A stretch of 64,000 nucleotides of DNA from Eggerthellaceae bacterium (GCA_045614225.1 JAZLCO010000085.1:4164-68163), one strand, 5' to 3'; positions 45,809-55,578 are shown, counted from the stretch's first letter. Numbers and translations are program-made. The notes: generated from the sequence alone by a model not told the origin.

Positions 45809-48775
45809 ATGACAGACCAGCATTGGGCAACACCCGAAACCGAACATGGCGAGGGCCATCGCGATCCCAAGCGCAATCAGGGAAACGTCATCGTGAAGGT
45901 TTTCGACCAACCTGAACGCGCGAAGTCGAAAGAAGAAAGCGAGCATCCTGAACTTTGGGAGCCCAACTACGTATGGCGTCCTTCCAAGGCGTATCGTCCC
46001 AACGAACCCATGGATCCATACGTTCCAGCTCAAATCGATCCCGCCACGCGTCCCGAGACGATGAAGCTGGCGAAGATGATGATCGACCGCATCCCGAAGA
46101 AGCTCGGTATCCAGAAGGTCACGCCTGCCGATCCCGAATGCTGGGGCTTGCTTTCAGTCTTCACCGAGGAAACTGCCTACATCGCCAACCACATGGGCAT
46201 TCGGCATCCCATGACCATGAAGCAAATTGCCGAGGCTTGTGAGTGGCCGCTCGAGAAGGTCGAGCCGCTCGTGAACCTCATGGCCCAGAAAGGCAACCTC
46301 GAGTACAACTGGGAGAACCTCGACGGCACGAACCCGAACCACGAAAAGCGCTTCTCGCTGCCCGTGCAACTGCCCGGCATGGGCGAGTTCTACGCCATGA
46401 ACGAGGCGGCCCTCGAAGAGCATCCCGAGATGAGCACCTACTTCGAGCGCATCGCATATTTGGGACCCTCGATGATCGCCGACATCGTCCCTCCAGGTGG
46501 CGGCGGCGTCGGCATGCACGTCGTACCCGTCGAGAAAGCTATCGAGCAAATCGAGTCATCCGTCGACGTCGAGCACATTTCGCATTGGCTCAAGAAGTAC
46601 GATCGCTTCTCGTCGGCCGTATGCTCGTGCCGCATGTCCGAGACCGTGCGCGGCGTGAACACGGGCGACGACCCCGAGGGTTGGTGCATCGGTGTGGGCG
46701 ACATGGCCGACTACGAGGTGCAAACCGGCAAAGGCCGTTATGTCACCTACGAGGAAGCGCTTGAAATCATCCAGAAGGCCGAGGACCTCGGCTTCGTGCA
46801 CCAGATTACCAACATCGACGGCTCCGAGAAGATCTTCGCCGTGTGCAACTGCCAGAAATCGGTTTGCTACGGCCTGCGCACGAGCCAGCTGTTCAACACT
46901 CCGAACTTCAGCCGCTCGGCCTACGTGGCGCACGTAGACCCTGATGCATGCGTTGCCTGCGGACAATGCGTAGAGAACTGCCCCGCCGGCGCCGTGAAAC
47001 TCGGACAGAGGCTGTGCACGCTGAACGGGCCGATCGAGTATCCAAAGCACGAGCTGCCCGACGACACACCGTGGGGCCCCGACAAATGGGATCCCGACTA
47101 CCGCGACAACAATCGTATCGAGACGTACGACACGGGCACCGCTCCCTGCAAGGTTGCCTGCCCTGCGCATATTGGCGTCGAGGGTTATCTGCGCTTGGCC
47201 GCACAAGGCCGCTATACCGAGGCACTCGCCCTCATCAAGAAGGAGAACCCCTTCCCCGCCGTCTGTGGTCGCGTGTGCAACCACCGCTGCGAAGACGCCT
47301 GCACGCGTGCAACGATCGACGATGCAGTGGCCATCGAAGCCGTGAAGAAGTTCATTGCCGAGCGCGACCTGAGCGCCGAGACGCGTTTCATCCCGCCCGT
47401 GTTGCAGCCTTCGCTGCGCGGCCCCTACCAGGAGAAGGTCGCCATCATCGGCGGCGGACCCGCAGGCCTCACATGCGCATACTACCTTGCCACCTTGGGA
47501 TACTCTCCCACAGTGTTCGAGAAGAACGAGCTGCCGGGCGGCATGATGACCTATGGTATCCCCTCGTACAAGCTGGAGAAAGACGTCGTGGCTGCCGAGA
47601 TCGACGTGCTGCGCGAACTGGGCGTCGACATTCGCTGCGGCATCGAGGTGGGCGCTGATGTGACGCTCGACGAGCTGCGCGAGCAGGGTTACAAAGCGTT
47701 CTATCTGGCCATCGGAGCACAAGGCGGGCGCCTTGCCGGAGTGCCCGGCGAGGATGCCGAAGGCGTCACCACAGCTGTTGAGCTGTTGCGCACCGTGCTG
47801 GCCGACGAGGGCCATGAGCTGCCAGGACGCACGGTTGTCGTCGGTGGCGGTAACGTGGCCGTCGACGCAGCACGCGCTGCAGTCCGTGCAGGCTCGACCA
47901 ACGTGACGATGCTCTGCCTGGAGCAGCGCGACGAGATGCCTGCGACACCCGAAGAGCGTCTCGAGGCGGAAGACGACGGCATCGTCATCGAATGCGGATG
48001 GGGGCCTGCTGAAGTTCTCACCGAAAACGGCCGCATATCGGGCGTCACATTCAAGCGCTGCACGCACGTGTTCGATGAGGACGGCCGCTTCTCCCCCACT
48101 TACGACGAGACGGACGTCAAAACCATCGCTTGCGACAACGTGGTGATGGCAATCGGCCAATCCATTGAATGGGGCAACCTGCTTGAGGGCTCCGCTGTGG
48201 AGCTTGGCCCAGGCAGACGCGCGCTCGCAGATGCGCAAACCTACCAAACGGCGCAGCCCGACATCTTCGTGGGCGGCGACGTCTACACGGGCCCGAAGTT
48301 CGTGATCGACGCCATCGCGGCCGGACACGAAGCCGCCATTTCCATCCATCGCTTCGTGCAGCCGGGCAACTCGCTGACCCTGGGACGCAACCAACGCCGC
48401 TACATCGAACTGAACAAGGAAGACGTGGCAATCAACCCCTTGAGCTACGACCATGGCCCCCGCCAGCACGAAGGCGTGAACGAAGAGATCGACCAGCGAC
48501 GCTCGTACCGCGACTGGCATATGACCCTCACCGAAGAACAGGTCCGCGCCGAAACCGCCCGCTGCTTGAAGTGCGGCGCGAGCGTCGTCGACCCGAACAA
48601 ATGCATCGGTTGCGGCGTATGCACGACCAAATGCGATTTCGATGCCATACATCTGAGCCGCGAGCATCCCGAATGCTCGACCATGTACAAGAACGAGGAC
48701 AAGCTCAAGGCAATCATCCCCTACGCCGCCAAGCGCAGGGTGAAGATCTTGAAGAAGAAGCTGAAGAAGCGCTAA
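45809..48775 (+). CDS. 988-aa Fe-S flavoprotein: N-terminal domain of unknown function, 4Fe-4S ferredoxin domains and GltD-like (glutamate synthase small-chain-like) NAD(P)H oxidoreductase
   Basis: Contains CVACGQCVENCPAG, CKVACPAHIGVEGYLRL...PFPAVCGRVCNHRCEDACTR (GltD-type clusters), VAIIGGGPAGLTCAYYLA and a C-terminal CIGCGVCTTKCDFDAI. Confidence 0.8.
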   Translation: MTDQHWATPETEHGEGHRDPKRNQGNVIVKVFDQPERAKSKEESEHPELWEPNYVWRPSKAYRPNEPMDPYVPAQIDPATRPETMKLAKMMIDRIPKKLGIQKVTPADPECWGLLSVFTEETAYIANHMGIRHPMTMKQIAEACEWPLEKVEPLVNLMAQKGNLEYNWENLDGTNPNHEKRFSLPVQLPGMGEFYAMNEAALEEHPEMSTYFERIAYLGPSMIADIVPPGGGGVGMHVVPVEKAIEQIESSVDVEHISHWLKKYDRFSSAVCSCRMSETVRGVNTGDDPEGWCIGVGDMADYEVQTGKGRYVTYEEALEIIQKAEDLGFVHQITNIDGSEKIFAVCNCQKSVCYGLRTSQLFNTPNFSRSAYVAHVDPDACVACGQCVENCPAGAVKLGQRLCTLNGPIEYPKHELPDDTPWGPDKWDPDYRDNNRIETYDTGTAPCKVACPAHIGVEGYLRLAAQGRYTEALALIKKENPFPAVCGRVCNHRCEDACTRATIDDAVAIEAVKKFIAERDLSAETRFIPPVLQPSLRGPYQEKVAIIGGGPAGLTCAYYLATLGYSPTVFEKNELPGGMMTYGIPSYKLEKDVVAAEIDVLRELGVDIRCGIEVGADVTLDELREQGYKAFYLAIGAQGGRLAGVPGEDAEGVTTAVELLRTVLADEGHELPGRTVVVGGGNVAVDAARAAVRAGSTNVTMLCLEQRDEMPATPEERLEAEDDGIVIECGWGPAEVLTENGRISGVTFKRCTHVFDEDGRFSPTYDETDVKTIACDNVVMAIGQSIEWGNLLEGSAVELGPGRRALADAQTYQTAQPDIFVGGDVYTGPKFVIDAIAAGHEAAISIHRFVQPGNSLTLGRNQRRYIELNKEDVAINPLSYDHGPRQHEGVNEEIDQRRSYRDWHMTLTEEQVRAETARCLKCGASVVDPNKCIGCGVCTTKCDFDAIHLSREHPECSTMYKNEDKLKAIIPYAAKRRVKILKKKLKKR

Positions 48776-48857
48776 TGATGTTGAACAAGGCATCGGACGA
48801 TCCACTCGATGCCATTCAAAAAGGATCGCACAGGACTACAAGAAGAAAGGATGTGCT

Positions 48858-49913
48858 ATGTCAAAGAAGTCGGGCAAGAAGGGAGCTTTGGCGGTTGCCA
48901 AGGCCGTGGTTCCGGTAGTTGGCGTTGCCGGCGCCGCCGTCGGCGCCGTGGTTGGCGGCTGCCAGGCCGTGTACGAATGGGGCAAGGAATGCTATGCCAC
49001 TCCTGCCGAGCAAGCGCTCACGTACCCGGGCGACGAGCTCATGGAGCGCTTCGACCCCGCCCTCGTCGAGACGGTGACGTCAGCCATCACCATCAACGCG
49101 CCGGTCGAGGAAGTGTATCCCTGGATCTACCAGTGGGGCGGCACGAAATCCGGTTCGCTCAGCTCCGAGGTGCTCGAGCGCGTGTTCGGCCGCATGTCCA
49201 TTTTCAACCGCTACGAGATCTGCGAAGAGTGGCAGATGCCCGATGCATTCATGCCTGGTGACTTCATGGAGTGGGACCGCAGCGGTATGGGTTGCGAGGC
49301 TGCCGACGTCGTAGCTGACAAGTACATCCTGAGCTTCTCCGACATCAAGCACCCGCCACGGGCGCGTGGCGCATACGCCATCGCCGGCGGCACAGTCGAC
49401 GACATGAACTTCATCTGGGGTTGGTACTTCGTGCCGCTGCGCGGCAACCGCACGCGCTTCATCTGCCATTGGAAGTACTATGGCACGACCAACGCCCCCA
49501 CCCGCTTCGCTCTGAAGCGCGCCATCCTCCAATGCGGCACAGCCATGCAGCGTTGGCAGATGGAATACACGAAGAAATGCGCTGAGGGCACAATGCCCGT
49601 CCACAGGCACGTGAAGCTGTATCGCAAGATCTTCGGACCGTACCACCATGTGCCCGACGAGATCCAGGACAAGACGGATTGCACGCATGTCCGCGACGGC
49701 CGTGAGGCACCTGCGATCGAAGAAGTGCGTCCCGCCAAGATGGCCGATCCGGCTTGGCCGCCCGTCGACGGTCCGTGGGATGTCGATTTCGACTATTACA
49801 AGGAGCGCATTCCGCGCGCCATCGAGGAGATCAAGCAGATGGCTGCCAAGCAGCAAGCGGCCGCCGATGCCAAGATCGCCGCGCTCGAGGAAGAACTCGC
49901 AGCGCTTCAGTAA
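48858..49913 (+). CDS. hypothetical protein (351 aa) with N-terminal hydrophobic segment and C-terminal coiled-coil
   Basis: The codon usage matches the host, and the gene sits between two oxidoreductase genes. I cannot assign a domain confidently. Confidence 0.45.
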   Translation: MSKKSGKKGALAVAKAVVPVVGVAGAAVGAVVGGCQAVYEWGKECYATPAEQALTYPGDELMERFDPALVETVTSAITINAPVEEVYPWIYQWGGTKSGSLSSEVLERVFGRMSIFNRYEICEEWQMPDAFMPGDFMEWDRSGMGCEAADVVADKYILSFSDIKHPPRARGAYAIAGGTVDDMNFIWGWYFVPLRGNRTRFICHWKYYGTTNAPTRFALKRAILQCGTAMQRWQMEYTKKCAEGTMPVHRHVKLYRKIFGPYHHVPDEIQDKTDCTHVRDGREAPAIEEVRPAKMADPAWPPVDGPWDVDFDYYKERIPRAIEEIKQMAAKQQAAADAKIAALEEELAALQ

Positions 49914-49975
49914 CACGTGATTAAGTGGCACACCGTTCCCAGGGAGCTGTGTGCCACCAACAGAAAGGAACACTA

Positions 49976-51337
49976 ATGGATAAGAACGTACGCATCGCAA
50001 TCATCGGCGGTGGCCCGGCCGGCCTTTCCGCAGGCATGTACCTGGAGCAAGCAGGTTACGAGAACTACACCATCTTCGAGCGCAACGGCTGGGTCGGTGG
50101 CAAGTGCCATTCGCCCGAATACAAAGGCCGCCGTTACGAGCTCGGCGCCATCATGGGCGTTCCCTCATACTACGCCATCAAGGACGTCGAGGACTTCTGC
50201 GGCATCACGCATGACGGCCCGCGCCTGAACCGCAACTACAAGGACCTCAAGGGCAATGTCGTCGACCCGTTCGACCCGAAGAAGCACCCGCTGTCCGCAC
50301 CGCGCCTGCTCAGGATGAAGAGCCAGATCAAGAAATTCGGCGAGCTGCTGCAGACGAAGTACAAGGGCTATGACGTAAACGGCCACCGCGGCGTTGCACA
50401 GGGTCGTTACGACGGCTACGCTGTCACACCCGGCCGCGAGTACATCTCGGGCGAAAACGAGAACCTGAAGGACCTGGCGCTTCCGTTCAAGGAGTTCTGC
50501 GAGCTGAACGGCGTCGAGCTCGTGCAAGACGTTTGGATTGGCCCGTTCACCTCATTCGGCTATGGCTACTTCGATGAGATCCCGGCCGCCTATGTGCTCA
50601 AGTACCTCGACTTCCAGACCACGATGAACTTCGTCAAGGTGAACCTGTGGACGTGGAAAGACGGCACGCAGTCAATCTGGGAGCACCTCAACGACAAGAT
50701 CAAGCATCCGGCGCTCCTGAACTCCGACATCACCAAGATCGAGCGCAAGGACGGCAAGGTGTTCATCACCGTCAACGGCGCAGTCGAGGAATTCGACAAG
50801 CTGGTCGTCACCGCTCCGCTGCAGTACTTCGGCGACTACGCCGACATCCGCGAGGACGAGCAGAAGTACTTCAGCAAGATCGACTACGAGCGCTATGACG
50901 TCCAGGGCTTCCTCACCGAGCCTGATAAGGCGCCCGACATCTCCTACTACATCATGGAGAACATGGTGCCCGAGCGCCTCGGCCACCTGATGGTTTACTA
51001 TCACCGCTGGCCGATCGACGACCCGGATCAGATGTATGTCACATACGCGCTGCGCAAGCATCGTGACCTGAAGGAAGTCGACTACGAGGAATGCAAGAAG
51101 ACCGTTCTCGCCGACCTCGAGACCATGGGCAACCCTGCCAAGGAAGTCATCGAGGAGCGTTCGTGGTACTACTTCCCGCACGTCTTCACCGAGGATTACG
51201 CCGCAGGTTGGTACGACGACGTCGAGGCGATGCAGGGCAAGTACGACACGTACTACGCGGGCGAGATCATGAGCTTCGGCGACATGGACGAAACCGTCGA
51301 GTACAGCCGCGAGCTCGTGCTGCGCTTCTTCCAGTAA
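49976..51337 (+). CDS. FAD-dependent oxidoreductase (amine-oxidase/PPO-like fold)
   Basis: The dinucleotide motif VRIAIIGGGPAGLSAGMYLEQAGY lies at the N-terminus. I take the ATG at 49976, which has a GAAAGGAA RBS. Confidence 0.75.
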   Translation: MDKNVRIAIIGGGPAGLSAGMYLEQAGYENYTIFERNGWVGGKCHSPEYKGRRYELGAIMGVPSYYAIKDVEDFCGITHDGPRLNRNYKDLKGNVVDPFDPKKHPLSAPRLLRMKSQIKKFGELLQTKYKGYDVNGHRGVAQGRYDGYAVTPGREYISGENENLKDLALPFKEFCELNGVELVQDVWIGPFTSFGYGYFDEIPAAYVLKYLDFQTTMNFVKVNLWTWKDGTQSIWEHLNDKIKHPALLNSDITKIERKDGKVFITVNGAVEEFDKLVVTAPLQYFGDYADIREDEQKYFSKIDYERYDVQGFLTEPDKAPDISYYIMENMVPERLGHLMVYYHRWPIDDPDQMYVTYALRKHRDLKEVDYEECKKTVLADLETMGNPAKEVIEERSWYYFPHVFTEDYAAGWYDDVEAMQGKYDTYYAGEIMSFGDMDETVEYSRELVLRFFQ

Positions 51338-51512
51338 GCGACAATTTTGAATTACCCGGCACCCAGCCTTCGCGCGTTTTTTTCAGGACGGGGGCTGGGT
51401 GCCCGCCTACGGCAACTCGGCTAACCTAAGTGCTTCTAATACAGTGCCTCGCAAGCGGCGGGCACCCCGCCTCCCGGCCTGAAAAAAGCTACCTGGCTTG
51501 AATTGGTGACAC

Positions 51513-52892
51513 ATGATTCGATACAAGGACTTCGAAGACCTCATCAATCGCATGACTGCCTCTGCACCTGACAAGGCGGCGTTGCTGTACTCTCCTAAAG
51601 GCGAGGAAGTGCAGGCTGTGACGTGGGCTGAGCTGGCGGAGCGTGTGCATGTGCGGGCCGATGAGCTTGCTCATCGCAACCGGGCATGCGAGGCGATTCT
51701 GGCTGATGGGTCATGCGGATGCGTTGTCGAAGTGTTCGCAGCCGTGCAAGCCGGCCTCCAGGTTGCCCTCGTCGATCCGCTCATGCCGAACGGGGTCATG
51801 GAGCCATTGCTACGCTCGGTCGACGCCGATTGCGCATGGTCATCCAATCCTGCCCGCCAAGAGGAAATCGAGAAGACACTCGCACCCAAATCAAAACCTG
51901 CTTACGGCGCGCATGGCGTGCTGTTCTTCACGAGCGGCACAACGTCGTTTTCGAAGGCAGTCGTGCTCACCGACGAGAGCTTGATGTCGAGCGCATACAA
52001 CGGCTCATCGTTGCTTCCACTCTCACCAGGCGACACGCTGCTGTGCCTTCTACCACTCTCGCACGTGTTCGGGTTCGTGTGCGGACTGCTCTGGGGGCTC
52101 TCCTGCGGCGCTACGGTCGCGCTTGGACGAGGACCACGCTACTACGCATCCGATTTCGCCACGTTCAAACCGACGACAGTCTCGACTGTGCCGAAACTGC
52201 TCGAGTTCTTGGTGGCACGTGGCGCGCTCAACGACGAGCTTTCGCTCGTGCTCGTGGGAGCAGCCGACTGCGCTGATAGCTTACTCGATGCGGTTCGCAG
52301 CCGTGGCATCCGCGTCAGCTTGGGCTACGGCCTCACCGAAACGAGCTCAGGCGTTGCGTTGAGCATCGGCGACGATTTCCACGCGATGACCGTCTGCCCC
52401 GAAGTCAAGGTGGCGATTGCGGATGATGGCGAGATCCTCGTGAACGCACCGACCTGCATCATGCAGGGCTATTATCGCGACGAGGAGAAGACGGCCGAGG
52501 CGATACGCGAGGGCATCCTTCACACGGGAGATTTGGGATTCTTCGACGAAAACGGCTTGCTGCACGTGAAGGGACGCAAGAAAGACGTGCTCATGCTCCC
52601 AAACGGAACGAAAGTGTTCTTGCCGGAATACGAAGCTGCCGTAATCGACGCGCTGAAAGAGCACGATGTTGCCGTGATGCTGCGCGGAAGCACTCTGACG
52701 CTTGTATGCGGCAAACTGGCCTCAAAGCAGGCCGGTGAGATAATGAAAGCAATCGAACCCGCCATGGCAACCTATCCGCCAGGGTCGCGTATCGGCCACA
52801 TCGTCCACATCGGACATGCGCTGCCGCGCACGGCTGCCGGCGATATCGAACGATGGAAACTACAGAAGGAACTTGACGATGGCAACTGCTGA
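51513..52892 (+). CDS. AMP-dependent synthetase/ligase (adenylate-forming enzyme)
   Basis: Contains the AMP-binding motif FFTSGTTSFSKAV, then GYGLTETS, TGDLGFFDENGLLHVKGRKKD and a C-terminal PRTAAGDIERWKL. Confidence 0.85.
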   Translation: MIRYKDFEDLINRMTASAPDKAALLYSPKGEEVQAVTWAELAERVHVRADELAHRNRACEAILADGSCGCVVEVFAAVQAGLQVALVDPLMPNGVMEPLLRSVDADCAWSSNPARQEEIEKTLAPKSKPAYGAHGVLFFTSGTTSFSKAVVLTDESLMSSAYNGSSLLPLSPGDTLLCLLPLSHVFGFVCGLLWGLSCGATVALGRGPRYYASDFATFKPTTVSTVPKLLEFLVARGALNDELSLVLVGAADCADSLLDAVRSRGIRVSLGYGLTETSSGVALSIGDDFHAMTVCPEVKVAIADDGEILVNAPTCIMQGYYRDEEKTAEAIREGILHTGDLGFFDENGLLHVKGRKKDVLMLPNGTKVFLPEYEAAVIDALKEHDVAVMLRGSTLTLVCGKLASKQAGEIMKAIEPAMATYPPGSRIGHIVHIGHALPRTAAGDIERWKLQKELDDGNC

Positions 52893-53130
52893 AGAAATCA
52901 AAACGCGTGCGCGCGAGATCATAGCACAGGACCTCCCCGAAGACTACAATCCGGACATCAAAGACGACGAACTGCTCATCGCCGAAGGAGGAGTCGACTC
53001 GCTCGGCTTCGTCCATGTGCTCACCAAGCTCGAAGGTGAATTCGGCGCCCACGTCCCCGACGAGGAATGGTGGGATGCCAAGTCGCTCGATGCCCTCGCT
53101 GAGGTCATCTTGCGCAACATTCAGGAGTAA
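52879..53130 (+). CDS. acyl/peptidyl carrier protein
   Basis: An 83-aa acidic protein with a GGVDSLGFV phosphopantetheine-attachment-like motif. It overlaps the ligase gene's end. Confidence 0.65.
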   Translation: MATAEEIKTRAREIIAQDLPEDYNPDIKDDELLIAEGGVDSLGFVHVLTKLEGEFGAHVPDEEWWDAKSLDALAEVILRNIQE

Positions 53131-53145
53131 AGCGGGAAACACGCA

Positions 53146-53259
53146 ATGAAGCGCCGTGCTTTTTTGCCCGCAATGGGCGTATCGAACATTGAGCTGTTCT
53201 ACGACCTCATCTTCGTGTACTGCATCAGCGTGCTCACGTCCACGATGCACCATATGTGA
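53146..53259 (+). pseudogene. 37-codon fragment resembling the N-terminus of an LtrA-family membrane protein
   Basis: My translation is MKRRAFLPAMGVSNIELFYDLIFVYCISVLTSTMHHM*. ELFYDLIFVY matches the conserved LtrA N-terminal motif, and the ORF then stops. Confidence 0.4.
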
Positions 53260-53261
53260 TG

Positions 53262-53413
53262 CCCACCATGATCTCGGGCGTGATGCCGTCGTCGTAGTCA
53301 TACTTGCGGATGATGTCGATGATTTCCTTGAGACGACCGCTCGTGTCCGGACCAGCCTTCTTCGCATCCCTGCGTTGCTTGATCAAGGCACCGATGAAAC
53401 CCGAGATGTGAAT
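53262..53413 (-). pseudogene. fragment resembling the N-terminus of a UbiB/ABC1-family kinase
   Basis: My translation is IHISGFIGALIKQRRDAKKAGPDTSGRLKEIIDIIRKYDYDDGITPEIMVGIT. It has no ATG/GTG/TTG start and no kinase body, and it abuts the LtrA-like fragment. Confidence 0.3.
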
Positions 53414-53465
53414 TGACCTCCGATGTTAAAGCTGACGAATACGTATTGTTTGGCGTCAGCGGCCT

Positions 53466-53948
53466 TTACTTCATCGCGGCCTCGTATTCCGCATCGTCGA
53501 TATCCTCGAGCGCTTCCGGACGAACGACCAACACGTCACAATTCATGTTTCGAATCAGGAACGTTGAGGTGCTACCGACAAATGCGTACTTGATGTTCGA
53601 CAGACCGCGAACGCCGCAGATGACAAGATCGGGATCGAATTCCGCAGCCAAATCCCCAAGGGCTTCCTCGATGCGCCCAGCAGCAACTTTCACCTCGACT
53701 GAAGAGATGCACTCGTCATGCATCGCGCGCGTGAGCTGGCGCTCGAGCGCCGACTCGATGGACTCTTTGCTCTTGGCAACGATCTCAGGAATGTCGACGC
53801 GGGCCATTTCCAAATCCGCTGATTCGATTGCATGGGCGAAGAGCACCCCGGCGCGGTTGTCGTGTGCAATTGAAAGGGCACGGCGGGCAACGGCTAGCTG
53901 GGTATCGCTTCCGTCGAGCGCTGCGAAGATTCTGTTGTATCGTGCCAT
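53466..53948 (-). CDS. universal stress protein (UspA family)
   Basis: A 160-aa protein with LVICGVRGLSNIKYAFVGSTSTFLIRNMNCDVLVV, a typical Usp C-terminal ATP-binding motif. Confidence 0.85.
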   Translation of the reverse strand: MARYNRIFAALDGSDTQLAVARRALSIAHDNRAGVLFAHAIESADLEMARVDIPEIVAKSKESIESALERQLTRAMHDECISSVEVKVAAGRIEEALGDLAAEFDPDLVICGVRGLSNIKYAFVGSTSTFLIRNMNCDVLVVRPEALEDIDDAEYEAAMK

Positions 53949-54102
53949 ATCGCGATTCCTCTCTTGTCGGATTTGCGTCCATGAGCATTTTAACCGTATT
54001 CATTGATGAAACAGCGAGATGAATCGATGCAACGCTTTGCATGCTGCACCGTATAATTAAATAGCGAGTAAAAAATCGGAAAACGCGGGGAGAGGAGAGA
54101 TC

Positions 54103-55578
54103 ATGTTGAGGTTCATATCAGCAAAGAACGTGTTCGTGGCCGCATTGATGACAGCGCTTATCGCTGGCGTCTTTGCACTTTCAGGATGCGCATGTTCGAG
54201 CAATCAACCGCAATCGTCCACGAGCACTTCCAGCGGAGATGTCATGTACACGGTGCCTAACGTCGTGTCATTGACACAAGCGGATGCACGGAAGGCGATT
54301 CTTGCATCTGGCTTGCAAGTCGGCACGGTCACGAACGAGCCATCCGACACGGTGCCGCTCGGTAGCGTCATCTCCCAAGATCCGGCAGCTCTTACGAGTG
54401 CGAAAGCCAATTCCAAGGTGAACCTCGTCATCTCCTCGGGAAAGAAAGAGGCTCAAGATGTCAAGGTGCCCGACCTCAAGGGCATGTGGCAGGAAGATGC
54501 CAGGAAGGCGCTTTCCGATGCAGGGCTTGTCGGCATTGCGGCAACCCCTGAAGAAACCGCAGAGGTGCAACCCGGGCAAGTATTCAAGCAATCCATCAGT
54601 GCTGGCACCACGGTGAAAGAAGGCACGAAGGTTGCGTACACGGTTGCATTGTCGCCCACTGAGACAACAGTTCCCGGCGTTATCGGAATGACACGTGATG
54701 ACGCGAAAGCCGCCATCACCAATGCGAAGCTCAGCTTTGACAGCACCACCGCCTACAGCGACAGCGTCGAAGAAGGCAAGGTAATGGGGCAATCAATTGC
54801 GGCTAACACGCAGGTGAAACAGGGCACGGAGGTCAGCGTGACCGTATCGCTCGGCCCGAAACCCACCCAAGACGTGACAGTTCCCGATGTCACGTCGTAT
54901 TCGTGGAGTGACGCCCAAGCAACTCTGCAATCTGCCGGACTTGCTGCACGCTACACGGGCGATCCCGCCGGCGTCGTCGTCTCGCAAGACGTCGCTGCGG
55001 GCACTAAGGTCGCCCCGAACACGTTGGTGACCGTCACGCTCTCATCTCCCTCGCAGATGGTAGAGGTTCCCAATCTTGTCGGCATGAGCGTCTCTGCCGC
55101 CGAAGCAGCAACTGACGCCGTCGGCCTTGGGCTCGACGCTTCAGCATCGAGCGGCACTGTCATCGATCAGTCACCAGCTGCTGGACAGCTTGTTGAAACG
55201 CGCACCGTCGTCTCGGTCACGGTTCAGACCGACGACGATAAAACCGCCAAAGCATTCATGGGCAAGTGGCAATCCGACCGCGCAAACATCGAGATCAACA
55301 ACATCGGCAGCGGCTTCACCGTGACCGTCTCGTGGGCTTCCGACTCGGAGCAGACCACCACGTGGGAATACAACTGCGAAATCAAGGATGGCAAGCTGGT
55401 CTCTGACAAGAAGGGGCGCAAATCCGAAGTTATTACCGACAGCAAAGGCCAGAGCACGAACGTGCTTTACGAAGACGGCAGCGCAACGTTCTCGATTGAC
55501 AACCAAGGAAAACTGACTTGGAAGGATGACAAGGAAGACGCCGGCAAGAACATGAAGTTCGACAAGCTTCCTTCGTAA
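54103..55578 (+). CDS. lipoprotein with five tandem PASTA domains and a distinct C-terminal domain
   Basis: A lipobox LSGCA is present. Five repeats of the pattern V.VP...G....DA...L...GL follow. There is no kinase or transpeptidase domain. Confidence 0.75.
   Translation: MLRFISAKNVFVAALMTALIAGVFALSGCACSSNQPQSSTSTSSGDVMYTVPNVVSLTQADARKAILASGLQVGTVTNEPSDTVPLGSVISQDPAALTSAKANSKVNLVISSGKKEAQDVKVPDLKGMWQEDARKALSDAGLVGIAATPEETAEVQPGQVFKQSISAGTTVKEGTKVAYTVALSPTETTVPGVIGMTRDDAKAAITNAKLSFDSTTAYSDSVEEGKVMGQSIAANTQVKQGTEVSVTVSLGPKPTQDVTVPDVTSYSWSDAQATLQSAGLAARYTGDPAGVVVSQDVAAGTKVAPNTLVTVTLSSPSQMVEVPNLVGMSVSAAEAATDAVGLGLDASASSGTVIDQSPAAGQLVETRTVVSVTVQTDDDKTAKAFMGKWQSDRANIEINNIGSGFTVTVSWASDSEQTTTWEYNCEIKDGKLVSDKKGRKSEVITDSKGQSTNVLYEDGSATFSIDNQGKLTWKDDKEDAGKNMKFDKLPS

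Noticed and set aside
46556-48805. A 749-aa ORF antisense to the 988-aa Fe-S flavoprotein gene. Similar long antisense or alternative-frame ORFs occur at 42700-44055, 49080-50000, 56865-57653, 11010-11864, 36019-37155 and 39426-40163.
   Set aside because: They have no motifs and a low-complexity Arg/Ala/Gly/His composition. Each overlaps a gene with strong family motifs on the other strand or in another frame, so they are GC-driven open frames.
53156-53416. An 86-aa ORF from the track in the scar region.
   Set aside because: Its frame does not match either recognisable fragment (the LtrA-like plus frame starting at 53146, or the UbiB-like minus frame), and its composition is low-complexity.
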